A stretch of DNA of 64,000 bases from a virus (lineage: Duplodnaviria; Caudoviricetes), in IMG/VR virus record IMGVR_UViG_3300031134_000004, positions 160,655 to 224,654 of that record; one strand, given 5' to 3'. The first letter of the stretch is position 1; every line of letters starts with the position of its first letter. Of this stretch, positions 7,484 to 16,805 are shown in pieces. The translations under genes and the position numbers were made by a program. Below the pieces are notes generated by a model. That model saw nothing but the letters and a program-made list of their open reading frames with translations. It was not told where the DNA came from and did no database searches.

Positions 7484-9631
7484 TTACGTTTTTGGAATCA
7501 AACGAATAGCACGGATACGCGTTGCCACGTTCTTCGCACCATTGGTTACAGCACCAGTGGACATGTTCACGCGCCGATGGTCAAACACAGGCGTACGAAC
7601 GTCGTGGTAAGCACCAGGGGTATAACCGACAACTTCAGTGCGGTATTCCGACACCGCGCAGTTCCAGTTCACTTCCCAGTAACCGACGTATTCGCCCCAC
7701 GGCATTTGCTGACCGTTGGTACTAAAGTGCGACTGTACATCGTTCGGACCTTGTTCGCCACGGGAGCACTTGACAGACGAACTTGGATAAGCCGACTCAC
7801 CTTGCGGACCTGCACTGTAGCTACGCGGTGAAGCGTACTGGTGCAGATACGAACTGTAAATCGGCGTATCTGGGTCGCTGTAACTATCGTTACGGATGTA
7901 GTCGTAGGGCGAGGACGAACCATGCACGACAGCATTCATCGCTTGGGCTGCACCGGTTTTGAAGATCACTGGTGAAGTAGCGCGAGTTGGACCCACGTTA
8001 GTGTAGATCGACTGAAGCGCGGCCAGTGAAGGTACTTGCCAGTCGCTAAAGCCACCCAAGGTCAATGCCTTGGCCCAGTTCGCAGCATCACTACCGAACG
8101 CTTTGAGGTTGGTGGTATTAAGCACCGAGTCAGCGTCGTTACCGGCCACCTTCGTCGTTGCATTGGCCATCTTCAAGTCCGTCTCACCACCAATCTTCGG
8201 TGCGAGAATGATGCCGTACGTAGTGGGACCAACCACCACATCGCCTGCGTAATAACCACCACCATAGCTCTCGCCAATGGTAGTTGGAAACGGCGGGTAG
8301 TCCACCAGCAACGAACGATTTGCCGACCAAGCCGACGCACCCACAACTGCACCTTTGTGAGCAACACGCGGGTAGTACGTGGTTTTGTTTGCCAAAATCG
8401 TGTGCGGTACTTGGATACTGGTTTTGTTGACCGTGTCGTTGTACGAGCTAAACAGAAGGTTGCCAGTACCATTCTCACCAGACCAGATTTCCCAATCGGT
8501 TGAGACGTGGGTGTCAGTCATGCCTTGCACAGCGAACGCTGAACTGGTCATGGTAAAGCCATTGGTGACGACTTTCTGTCCGTTGACCGGTGCGGTGATG
8601 GATGGTTGCATCACAAACACAGCGCCGGTATCGAACGACCATGTGGCTGACCACTTCGACTTCTTCTTGTCCACATCGAAGTGACGCATGCGCCAGTAAT
8701 ACGTCGTAGACGCATCCAAGCGTGGCAACTGGTACGACTTGAGATTCGCTCCATTGAGAACCTGGTCCACCACCATTTGACCTGCGAAGTTTGCCTGCTT
8801 AGACACCTGCACTTCGATCCCGCCTTGCGAGAGTGCGTACAAGGAATAAAACGGCGACGTCTCCACCGTGATGGCAAGACCTGCGCGTTGCAAGCCATTG
8901 GTTGGTGCGATGTTGATTGGCTGACGTACCATCGGGATGATGATGTCGTCCGCTTCTACTTTCGTCAAGTACTGAACGTGTGGATCAGGATGGTCAACGT
9001 GCGTCTTCATGACCGCCGTAACCGATTCTGCAATCTTGGCCAGCACTTGTGGCGAGACGAACCCAACAGCCAGATCGATGTACGCATAGAGCGAATCGAG
9101 CTTGGCAGCATCGCGCAGCTTCATCGACGAATTGACCCGTTCAAGGGCATTGTAGATGAATTCCCAACCGTACGTATCGCCCACATCGTGCAAGTGGTGG
9201 CTAGGTTTAAATTCAGATGGCCAGTCAACGATGTCGTTTTTCGACACAGGACGCTCATCGAGCATCAAGGCAGTTACGAGCTGCTCAATTGCTTTGGCAT
9301 AGTTACACCAAGGACCACCAGCTGCTTGGTATTGGATGGTAACTTCATCGTGCACGTTCGTATCGGTGATGAGGATGAGTGAACACACTTCCTTACCCGA
9401 CAGTTCCGTGGGGTCCTCGAGCATTTCCGTGGCAACGAATTGCTTGTTAATGTCGAGCACTTTTTGGGTAGCGGTATCGACAATGCGCAGCGACTCAGTA
9501 AAGAAGCCGCCGTGCACTGGAGCGATTGCCCGCACCTTCCGACGGACCATCTGGTGAACCTCCCCTTGGACAAGGTTATTTTGGTTCGTACCAGACAAGT
9601 CCTCCGGGTACTTAATAATGACGGGCGCCAT
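7484..9631 (-). CDS. Tail fibre / virion structural protein with C-terminal DUF1566-like (C-type-lectin-fold) domain
   Basis: N-terminal half paralogous to 4387-7422; GESYGGGYYAG, GGFSDWQVPSLAAL and terminal VNMSTG...K...RIRAIR motifs typical of DUF1566. Confidence 0.75.
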   Translation of the reverse strand: MAPVIIKYPEDLSGTNQNNLVQGEVHQMVRRKVRAIAPVHGGFFTESLRIVDTATQKVLDINKQFVATEMLEDPTELSGKEVCSLILITDTNVHDEVTIQYQAAGGPWCNYAKAIEQLVTALMLDERPVSKNDIVDWPSEFKPSHHLHDVGDTYGWEFIYNALERVNSSMKLRDAAKLDSLYAYIDLAVGFVSPQVLAKIAESVTAVMKTHVDHPDPHVQYLTKVEADDIIIPMVRQPINIAPTNGLQRAGLAITVETSPFYSLYALSQGGIEVQVSKQANFAGQMVVDQVLNGANLKSYQLPRLDASTTYYWRMRHFDVDKKKSKWSATWSFDTGAVFVMQPSITAPVNGQKVVTNGFTMTSSAFAVQGMTDTHVSTDWEIWSGENGTGNLLFSSYNDTVNKTSIQVPHTILANKTTYYPRVAHKGAVVGASAWSANRSLLVDYPPFPTTIGESYGGGYYAGDVVVGPTTYGIILAPKIGGETDLKMANATTKVAGNDADSVLNTTNLKAFGSDAANWAKALTLGGFSDWQVPSLAALQSIYTNVGPTRATSPVIFKTGAAQAMNAVVHGSSSPYDYIRNDSYSDPDTPIYSSYLHQYASPRSYSAGPQGESAYPSSSVKCSRGEQGPNDVQSHFSTNGQQMPWGEYVGYWEVNWNCAVSEYRTEVVGYTPGAYHDVRTPVFDHRRVNMSTGAVTNGAKNVATRIRAIRLIPKT

Positions 9632-9685
9632 AGTTAAAGCTCCTACTAATAAGAGTGAGTGGTCGGCTAGTTGGCCGACCTTGTA

Positions 9686-9862
9686 TTACGCTGCAGAGGT
9701 CTTAACGAGTTCTGCACTCACCGTGTATTCGCCCGGATTGGTCGTCGAGAAGACGCCTTTGTCCGTGACCCAGCCTTTGGCTTTGGTGTCGTAACGTGGT
9801 TGGGTAGCACCCACAGGGATTTTCTTGCCCGCAGCATGCAGGAAGTACGTCTTGGTGTTCAT
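9686..9862 (-). CDS. Small 58-aa hypothetical protein not in the ORF track (MNTKTYFLHAAGKKIPVG...KTSAA)
   Basis: ATG overlaps the upstream TGA (TGATG), RBS AAAGGA, typical codon usage, TAA at 9686-9688 followed by a hairpin. Confidence 0.7.
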   Translation of the reverse strand: MNTKTYFLHAAGKKIPVGATQPRYDTKAKGWVTDKGVFSTTNPGEYTVSAELVKTSAA

Positions 9863-11442
9863 CAGTGGATTCCTTTCAGGAACGCAGTATCGCCAACAAC
9901 GGCCAGGTACTGACCCGGAATCGCTGCTTCACGATGGTCGCCCCGGTAAGGGAGCTTAAATGGCGTATTGATCTGCACATCGCCTTCGATGGCAACGACG
10001 ATGGTTTCGCCGTCAGAATATGCTTCTTGCTGCGCCACGCCAAGTACGCTTTGCGCTTGGATGGTGTAGGTAGCCATGATGTCGATTTGCACCATCTCGT
10101 TGTCAACGTTACCGCCCGCAAAGAGCATGGTCGATCCTTGGTAGGGCAGCGTGCTGGCGATCTCACCAACAACAATTGCGCTATACGGATTAGCCGCCTC
10201 CACAGCCGTCATGGCGACGTCGCCGTACATCAGTGGACCGACATGGCCTGCGTACAGTTGCAGCGTGCCATCGTCCTCGTTGATGCCTTGGAAGGCAACC
10301 ACAGCACCTTCGGCCGCAGCAGCTACTGCTACCGAACCTGCCGAGCGACCGAAGTAAGCGCGGGTAAAGACTGGGTGACCTTGTGGCGTGTAGACCGAGC
10401 CGTAGACGTAGTCGGTTGCAAAGAGCACACCGATGTTGCCGTTGGACAGTTGGGTCAAGGCCAGACGGTTGGGTTTTTGGTAGTTGTCGAACGGGGCCAG
10501 GATGATGTTGTTGCCGTTGATGTCGCCCGAGGCTGCAACGATGTTAAGTTGGAAGCCCGGACCGACACCACCGTAACTACCAACAGCAAAGCCACCTTCT
10601 GCCAGACCGAATGCCGTGACGAATGGTGCATCTTCACAGCGTGCGATGTTTTCACCCACTTGGTGACGAGGACGCGTTTCCACGCCGCCGTTACTGTAGA
10701 GCTTGAAGAACACCTTACCGTCCACACCGTCGGTTGCGCCGTACACAACAGCAAAGCCTTCGGTCAATGCAGTGACAGCGACGCTTTGTTTGTAGGTGGT
10801 GACTTTGTCGAAGAAGTCCACACGACGCATGCCACCAACTGCTTCAGCATTGTCTTTAAAGACTGCGAAGTTGATTTCATGGCGGGACTTGTCGTTAGCG
10901 TACACGGCGACCGCATTACCGTTACTCAGGGTAGCGATACTGATCGACGAGGAATCTTCACTCTGCCCGATCAAGGCCGAATCGATCTTCTTGCCTTCTT
11001 CATCGAGGACAACAACGTCCACGCAACCGCTCGAACCAGCTTTGATGGCCACAGCAATTTTGCTATTGGCAAAGCCAGCCAGTGCGATTTCAGCATCCGT
11101 CGAAGCAAAGCCCAGGTCGGTCTTGCTGATCAGATTGCCTTCGTGCGAATACAGGGCAACTTTGTATTTGGTATCAGCCGTGAAACCGACAGCATAATTG
11201 CCATTGGCCAGTGTCACGCTCGACATGGCTTTTTGATCTTGACCTGGCACCGGACTCATGCCCAAAATGAAGGCCGTCTGAGTCTTGCTTTTCTCTTCGA
11301 TGCGTTGTGCTTGGAACAGGGGACGCGCTTGTGCGCCTGGGGTGTTGGGTTCGAGGACGTAGCGTACTTTGCCGTCTTGACCAACAGCGACGATATCACC
11401 TTGCTTGATCGCTTCGCCTGCAACCACTTTGGTAGTCTTCAT
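9862..11442 (-). CDS. Putative virion decoration protein: beta-propeller-like repeats flanked by DUF2190/cement-like termini
   Basis: N-terminus VAGEAIKQGDIVAV and C-terminus LGVAQQEA..GETIVVAIEGDV; about seven LxNGxxAVxY-type repeats in between. Confidence 0.55.
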   Translation of the reverse strand: MKTTKVVAGEAIKQGDIVAVGQDGKVRYVLEPNTPGAQARPLFQAQRIEEKSKTQTAFILGMSPVPGQDQKAMSSVTLANGNYAVGFTADTKYKVALYSHEGNLISKTDLGFASTDAEIALAGFANSKIAVAIKAGSSGCVDVVVLDEEGKKIDSALIGQSEDSSSISIATLSNGNAVAVYANDKSRHEINFAVFKDNAEAVGGMRRVDFFDKVTTYKQSVAVTALTEGFAVVYGATDGVDGKVFFKLYSNGGVETRPRHQVGENIARCEDAPFVTAFGLAEGGFAVGSYGGVGPGFQLNIVAASGDINGNNIILAPFDNYQKPNRLALTQLSNGNIGVLFATDYVYGSVYTPQGHPVFTRAYFGRSAGSVAVAAAAEGAVVAFQGINEDDGTLQLYAGHVGPLMYGDVAMTAVEAANPYSAIVVGEIASTLPYQGSTMLFAGGNVDNEMVQIDIMATYTIQAQSVLGVAQQEAYSDGETIVVAIEGDVQINTPFKLPYRGDHREAAIPGQYLAVVGDTAFLKGIH

Positions 11443-11495
11443 TCTTTTATCCTAAATAGAAAGACCGACAGCAATGACGCTGCCGGCCGAAGGTA

Positions 11496-12170
11496 TTACA
11501 GTTCGTCGATACGGGTATTGACGCGTTGGAACATCAAGTCGATTTCACGCTTGTCGTACGCTCCCACGTCCACCGCTTGGGTGCCGTGTGGATTACGTGC
11601 GTTCTTGTGCGCTTCAAAACCATCGACCAAGCTACTGCGAATAGCAGCGGCAATGTCGGTCATCTTGGCAGTCACAGAACTCATACCGACCATGTCTGCC
11701 AGATTCCATTCATGGTCAATGACCGGGAACGAATAAGGCATGTCGACAACCACATCCCACGACGTCTTGCGTGGATTGTGCAAACGGTCAGCCAAGATTT
11801 GTGCGATCTTCGCTTCGTTCTGGGTCCACACACCACCGACTGTTTGGTAATCGATAGTGATGGTGCCCACGAGTTGCAGATCGAAGAAGCTGATCGAACC
11901 GTAAAGGGGATTAGTGCAAGCACGGGACGCGCTGATGAACCAGTGCGAGAATTGGTAGTCCACCCCGAGGACTAGCGTACGGACATTACCTTGCGTATCC
12001 TTGTACGTCACCTTGGCGCCGTCAGTAAAGAGCGGTGCCATTTTGGGGACGATAAAGTGAAAGTCGCGGTAATTGGACGAGGTCAGCGCATGCTGTTCGC
12101 CCACGATTTTGTTGGTGACCTTCTTACCTGTGGGGTCAAACGGGTAAGACGTAGTCAAGTCGGCCGGCAT
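11496..12170 (-). CDS. phiKZ-like virion structural protein
   Basis: YPFDPTG...N N-terminal motif shared with the two tail-fibre genes; HxxxxNPH-type motif near the C-terminus. Confidence 0.75.
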   Translation of the reverse strand: MPADLTTSYPFDPTGKKVTNKIVGEQHALTSSNYRDFHFIVPKMAPLFTDGAKVTYKDTQGNVRTLVLGVDYQFSHWFISASRACTNPLYGSISFFDLQLVGTITIDYQTVGGVWTQNEAKIAQILADRLHNPRKTSWDVVVDMPYSFPVIDHEWNLADMVGMSSVTAKMTDIAAAIRSSLVDGFEAHKNARNPHGTQAVDVGAYDKREIDLMFQRVNTRIDEL

Positions 12171-12262
12171 TTGAGCCCTCCAGAAGTATTCAAATATGTT
12201 ATAGGCTGAGTCTTTCGACTATATAATTTGCAGTTTTTTGCTTCCAGTAAAGGCAATTTTCC

Positions 12263-13501
12263 ATGTACCAACTCATTTCTGCAATCGCCAAACCACTCGG
12301 CGGCGATGGCCACTGGATTAACGTGGAGATCGGTAACGTGCCGATGCATGTTCTTTATTCCACTTATTCCCGCATCTGGGCTATCTTGTCCAACCCATTT
12401 CTACCCACGAACGTAGCGCTTGACGTGGAGTTAATTCGGATTGACCACGGCGGTAAATCCACCACCTTTAACGAAGTGCTTGAAAGCATCGGTAGCCACG
12501 CGCTGCCAACGACCAAGAAGATTCCTACAATCCAACCACGCTACGCCAAGTACCAAGACTTGTTCCGGGCTGGTTACCAAGTCTCACCGATCCATCCACA
12601 TTACTCGCTCGATGCACCAGTGCCAGATGCTGACAGAACTTGGCTTCACATCACCCGCCCTGAACTGGATCATCAACTGTTCTACAAGAACTGTTTGGTC
12701 AACATCAACGGCTTTTACCATTTGACCGATGCAAGTGATGAAGCGGTGTATGTGGTCGACGGCATGAAGTCGGTTCGCTTGGCGCGTGAAAACCAACTGG
12801 GTTTCGTTAGCTTTGCAAGCTTGGGTAACATCAAGCTCGTGCCGATTAAAACGGACATGATCTACAAGCAAACTGATGAACAACTGTTTCGTCACACCGC
12901 TTACGTCGACCTGAAAGAAGATCTGGAAGGCAAAACCGTAATGCTCGTGTTGGGTGGTTATCTGCACGCCATCGACAATGCGACCTTTAGCCGGGTTGGC
13001 AATTCTTCCTTCATGATCGACTTTGCCAACCTGCCTTTCATCGAGCGGTACTTGGAGTCCAAGCACTTCATCGATCTGTCTTCGATGAATTTGTCGACAA
13101 CGGATCGCAACAAGAACCAAGTCTCGTTGGATGAACTCATGGGTGACGAAGCGATTACTGCGTACTTGACGCTGTCGCAATCTTTCTTCGTGATTTTGAA
13201 CCACAACGACATCTTCGCTGAACTCGAACCGATGGAGCCGTCGGTTATCCCGAATCTGTTTGTCACTGATGAAGTGCCTATCTACCCAATGGTAACGGGA
13301 GTTGGGCGGACAGCGAACTATTGGAGTAAGTTCGATCACGGTAAGTACGCACTCTTTACCGGGGAGAACTTGCGGGATCGTCCTTTGCACAAAACGATGC
13401 ACCCAACAGGTTTGCGTTCGGTAACAGACCAACGTGTTCCATCAAAGCCTGTCTACTACGCTAACGCAGCGTTCTTTAAGATCGGCACCGACTTGTCTTA
13501 A
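12263..13501 (+). CDS. Conserved phiKZ-like virion structural protein (putative)
   Basis: 412-aa ORF with RBS AAGG; LVxINGFYH motif recalled from jumbo-phage virion proteins; located in the tail cluster. Confidence 0.6.
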   Translation: MYQLISAIAKPLGGDGHWINVEIGNVPMHVLYSTYSRIWAILSNPFLPTNVALDVELIRIDHGGKSTTFNEVLESIGSHALPTTKKIPTIQPRYAKYQDLFRAGYQVSPIHPHYSLDAPVPDADRTWLHITRPELDHQLFYKNCLVNINGFYHLTDASDEAVYVVDGMKSVRLARENQLGFVSFASLGNIKLVPIKTDMIYKQTDEQLFRHTAYVDLKEDLEGKTVMLVLGGYLHAIDNATFSRVGNSSFMIDFANLPFIERYLESKHFIDLSSMNLSTTDRNKNQVSLDELMGDEAITAYLTLSQSFFVILNHNDIFAELEPMEPSVIPNLFVTDEVPIYPMVTGVGRTANYWSKFDHGKYALFTGENLRDRPLHKTMHPTGLRSVTDQRVPSKPVYYANAAFFKIGTDLS

Positions 13502-13543
13502 CGGCATAAGCCCCCGGCTAGTAAGGCCGGGGGTCTATGACGC
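13502..13543. terminator. Convergent CATA/TATG-flanked hairpin
   Basis: CGGCATAA-GCCCCCGGC...GCCGGGGGT-CTATGACG; no U-tract on either strand. Confidence 0.7.
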
Positions 13544-13551
13544 CATGAGCG

Positions 13552-14154
13552 TTAATTGAGCTTGTCTTGCAGATCCATGAGGGCCGTACGAATGGAAGCG
13601 AGGTGGTTGTCGAATTCCTCTTCCTGCATCGCGTCCATCGGACCATGGTCTTTGTCGAGCTTACCTTCTGGGCTGATGTAGTACATGAGCACTTCGGTTC
13701 CCGGCAACGATTCGATCATGTAGATGCCGTTGGCAATGAGCAGCAACTGCGTCTCTTTGGTCCGTGCGTTACGGTAGAACCCTTCTGGCCAACTGAGTAT
13801 CCGGCCAGTTGGCGTACTCATCAAGCATTCCTCAAATTGAGCAAGCTTGGGTCCGGCTTCGATAATGCCAGTGCCGCCATCAATTGCAGTAGGCGACAAG
13901 TAAAGACGCAGCAGCGTAGCGAGCTTTTGCTGCCGATCAGTGTGGATTGCTTTGTCCATATCGAGCTGACGCTTAGCCTCGAGTTGGGCGAGCATCTCTT
14001 GCATCTCTTCTGGACTTGTACTGGTCACGTCAACCGTGGTGCCAAACTGTTGTTTAACCAACAGCGTCAATTCCTTCAGCTCTTGCTGAAAGAGATCCGC
14101 AAACTGGTGTAAGCGGACCATGCGCTGCAGAATTGTCTGTTCGCTCTCTTTCAT
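13552..14154 (-). CDS. Hypothetical protein
   Basis: 200-aa ORF with RBS GGAG directly downstream of the SbcC-like gene. Confidence 0.75.
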   Translation of the reverse strand: MKESEQTILQRMVRLHQFADLFQQELKELTLLVKQQFGTTVDVTSTSPEEMQEMLAQLEAKRQLDMDKAIHTDRQQKLATLLRLYLSPTAIDGGTGIIEAGPKLAQFEECLMSTPTGRILSWPEGFYRNARTKETQLLLIANGIYMIESLPGTEVLMYYISPEGKLDKDHGPMDAMQEEEFDNHLASIRTALMDLQDKLN

Positions 14155-14166
14155 GTTACTCCTTTT

Positions 14167-16734
14167 CTAGTATTCGATGGTGACGTGCTGGTTGTATTTC
14201 GATTCAGCAGGGGTGGTAATGTTGTTGGGACAGGTTACGCAGATCTCGGCGTTGGTAAAGGAACCGTGGGTGGACTCGTAGTGGGAGATCATGAACAGCT
14301 GGGTAAATGGCTTTTGGTCGAGCAAGGATTTGATGACATGCATCGCTTGGGTACGGTGCACTTCGTCAAACGTCTTACCGAATTCATCCATGTACAGTGG
14401 CGACTCTTGCAGACCCAAGTAAAACATGGCGGTCACTTTAAACGCCAAGTCCACAATTTCAATCATGCCACTAGAACCCTTAGACACGTCTGAGACCACA
14501 TTCGATTCCTTATTCACCATGAGGGGGAACTTGTAATCGAGTTCAGCACCAGTACTACCTGCAACACCACAGTCAAGCACCTTTAACGGATACGCCCAGA
14601 TCTTGCGGATAAGCGTATTCATCTGGCTATTGAATTTGCGGATGAAGCCAAAGAGTCCTTCAGCGATCAATCCGTCCGTGGGGGACAGTTCCACAACCAG
14701 TGCCTTGGCCGCTTCTTCTTCAGTTGTCAAGCGCTTGATCTCGTTTTCCAAGCTCACGATCAAAGCACGTTGGGTATTGGCAGCGTTGAGCGTGTCTTGC
14801 TTAACAGCGAGCGTGTGGGACAGTTTGTCGATGCAATGGCTAAGCGTTTCACGACGCATCATCTCAACCATGTCAGCGGTGCACTTTTCTGCCCCTACCA
14901 TTAAATCCTTGATCTTCTTAGACAGCGATTCGGCTTCCATTACTTGCGAGCGATACCGCATGTAGTTACCGATCTTGCCCCGCAATTCTGTCAACGCTGC
15001 CGTCATGGTGCTAATCTGTAACGAGCAATCATCGAGCTTGTGCTTGGTGTCAGTCAAATCTGCATCACCGACTTTCTGCGCTGACTCGATCAACTTCATC
15101 GTCTCAAGGATACTGTCCTCAATCTTAGCTGCTTGACGCTCCAACTCCAAGTCAGCACGAAACACACCCATCTCAGACAAAGCTTTGCGTGGACTGGTAA
15201 TGACGTAATCGGACTCGGTCAGGTAATTCCAAAACGGTTGCAAGACGGGCCAGTTACGCACGCAGTTCATGTAGTCGCGGTACATGGTGCTGTACTCTTG
15301 GATCTTAACGATCTCTTCGTGTACATCGACCACTTGCTTATCAATCGCCACCATCTCATCTTCCAGCGTTTGGATGTGAGCGTTGTATTCTGCAATGCGA
15401 CCAGCATCGTATCCGGGACGCCAACTGTGCACACACTTCGGACAGGTAATGGCTTCAGCATCCTTGTGGGATTCCAAATGCGAACGACGAGCAATAATCA
15501 TCGTTTGCTTTTGCAGCTTTTGTGCCCGCTCATGCTTGAGCTTATCGTGCTGCTCTTGCAGTTCTTGTAAGCGTACCCGCGAATAGCGCTTGTCTTCATT
15601 TGAAGGAATCGCACTAAAGACTTCCGTTAAGATGTCTTGCACCGAATTTAATGCACTGATCGCATCACGCGCATTGATGCCTTCGATGTGGAGCTTACGA
15701 CGCGACAAGACCTCATCGCGTTCTTGCCGTTGCACCCGCATCTTCTCTTGCAGGGACGCCACACCTTCTTTACCAGTACGCTCAAGAATCGCCACCATCT
15801 CTTCAAGCTTGGTATGTTCTTGCACCGCTTTGTTAATAAGCGTTTCTTTGGACGTGGCTTCGTGACGCAGTTGGTCTACCAGACTGTCAATGTCTTCGAT
15901 TGAGGAAAACACAGGGTAAATCAATTCACGCCATTCGTCTCGCTCGACTGGCCGACGTGGGTCAATCGAGTAAGGGTCCGTGACACCGTAAGGCGCCGCT
16001 ACTTTCAGCCGCACCAAGCGTTGGGACAGGCGATGCAGTTCATCTAAGATACTGCGTTGGTTTTCTTGGTACGTCGAGACAGGTCGGTCAAGTGGTGCTG
16101 ACTGCGAAATGAGAAGACGCAATTCCTTGGTCGTCTCTTCCACGTCTTTACGAAGCCGCCCTTCTTCTTCAGCGCTAATGATCTTGGCTGTCTCGATAAC
16201 GATACGCTTTTTGTTGTTACGCAAAGCACCGGTCGTATCGCGACTATAGTCTTTGAGCTTACCGAAGATCGACAAGGCAAAGTCGTAACTGATGTCTGAT
16301 AAACGCGTGAACCATTCACGACGCTTTGTTGCCCCCATTTGCGTGAAGGTGATTTCATCCGTCAAAAGTTTGTGCACATCAGGAGTGAGGTTAAATTCTT
16401 TCTCACACAGCGTCATGAACGCGCCGACCGTGCCACCTGGGTTTTGTTCTTCCCCGTCTTTGACGAACGAGTGGTGTGGGGTCTTTTGTTCAAACGTGGA
16501 CTTTAAAGCGTAGTCGCTACCCCGGTGTTCTATTTCTATGAATTTCCAGCCATTCTTACGAAAGTCTTCTTTATCAGGAGGAAGTGGGGTGAGCATCTTG
16601 ACGATCGAACTCTTTCCACTGCCATTGCTGCCCAAAATCAATTGGACGAGTTGCTTAGGGCGAATCACAAAACGCTGAATGCTTTTGGTATTCAGACGAT
16701 TGCATTCGACCAATTCGAGCGACTTAATCCGCAC
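14167..16734 (-). CDS. sbcC: SbcC/Rad50-like SMC ATPase
   Basis: Walker A GSNGSGKS, long coiled coils, central CPKC zinc-hook, signature-like VSKGSSG, Walker B LYMDE, H-loop ISH. Confidence 0.92.
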   Translation of the reverse strand: MRIKSLELVECNRLNTKSIQRFVIRPKQLVQLILGSNGSGKSSIVKMLTPLPPDKEDFRKNGWKFIEIEHRGSDYALKSTFEQKTPHHSFVKDGEEQNPGGTVGAFMTLCEKEFNLTPDVHKLLTDEITFTQMGATKRREWFTRLSDISYDFALSIFGKLKDYSRDTTGALRNNKKRIVIETAKIISAEEEGRLRKDVEETTKELRLLISQSAPLDRPVSTYQENQRSILDELHRLSQRLVRLKVAAPYGVTDPYSIDPRRPVERDEWRELIYPVFSSIEDIDSLVDQLRHEATSKETLINKAVQEHTKLEEMVAILERTGKEGVASLQEKMRVQRQERDEVLSRRKLHIEGINARDAISALNSVQDILTEVFSAIPSNEDKRYSRVRLQELQEQHDKLKHERAQKLQKQTMIIARRSHLESHKDAEAITCPKCVHSWRPGYDAGRIAEYNAHIQTLEDEMVAIDKQVVDVHEEIVKIQEYSTMYRDYMNCVRNWPVLQPFWNYLTESDYVITSPRKALSEMGVFRADLELERQAAKIEDSILETMKLIESAQKVGDADLTDTKHKLDDCSLQISTMTAALTELRGKIGNYMRYRSQVMEAESLSKKIKDLMVGAEKCTADMVEMMRRETLSHCIDKLSHTLAVKQDTLNAANTQRALIVSLENEIKRLTTEEEAAKALVVELSPTDGLIAEGLFGFIRKFNSQMNTLIRKIWAYPLKVLDCGVAGSTGAELDYKFPLMVNKESNVVSDVSKGSSGMIEIVDLAFKVTAMFYLGLQESPLYMDEFGKTFDEVHRTQAMHVIKSLLDQKPFTQLFMISHYESTHGSFTNAEICVTCPNNITTPAESKYNQHVTIEY

Positions 16735-16805
16735 AGAAAACTCCTAGTAGTCGTTAATCAAAGAATGAGCCGGGCAAGTATTTTTACGAATAAATAAGGT
16801 TAGCC

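Noticed and set aside
7484-8280. Diversity-generating retroelement suggested by the DUF1566-like domain
   Set aside because: No reverse transcriptase, accessory gene or adenine-mismatched template repeat seen in this window; the rest of the genome is unchecked
9865-11736. 623-aa plus-strand ORF, and other long antisense ORFs such as 4519-5757, 18397-19596, 50357-51451, 58595-59800 and 62310-63779
   Set aside because: They lie exactly opposite well-supported genes, lack RBS and protein-like motifs, and are expected shadows of strong codon bias
14167-16734. SbcC without an adjacent SbcD nuclease as a possible novel system
   Set aside because: In phiKZ-like phages the partner nuclease is normally encoded elsewhere, so its absence here is uninformative
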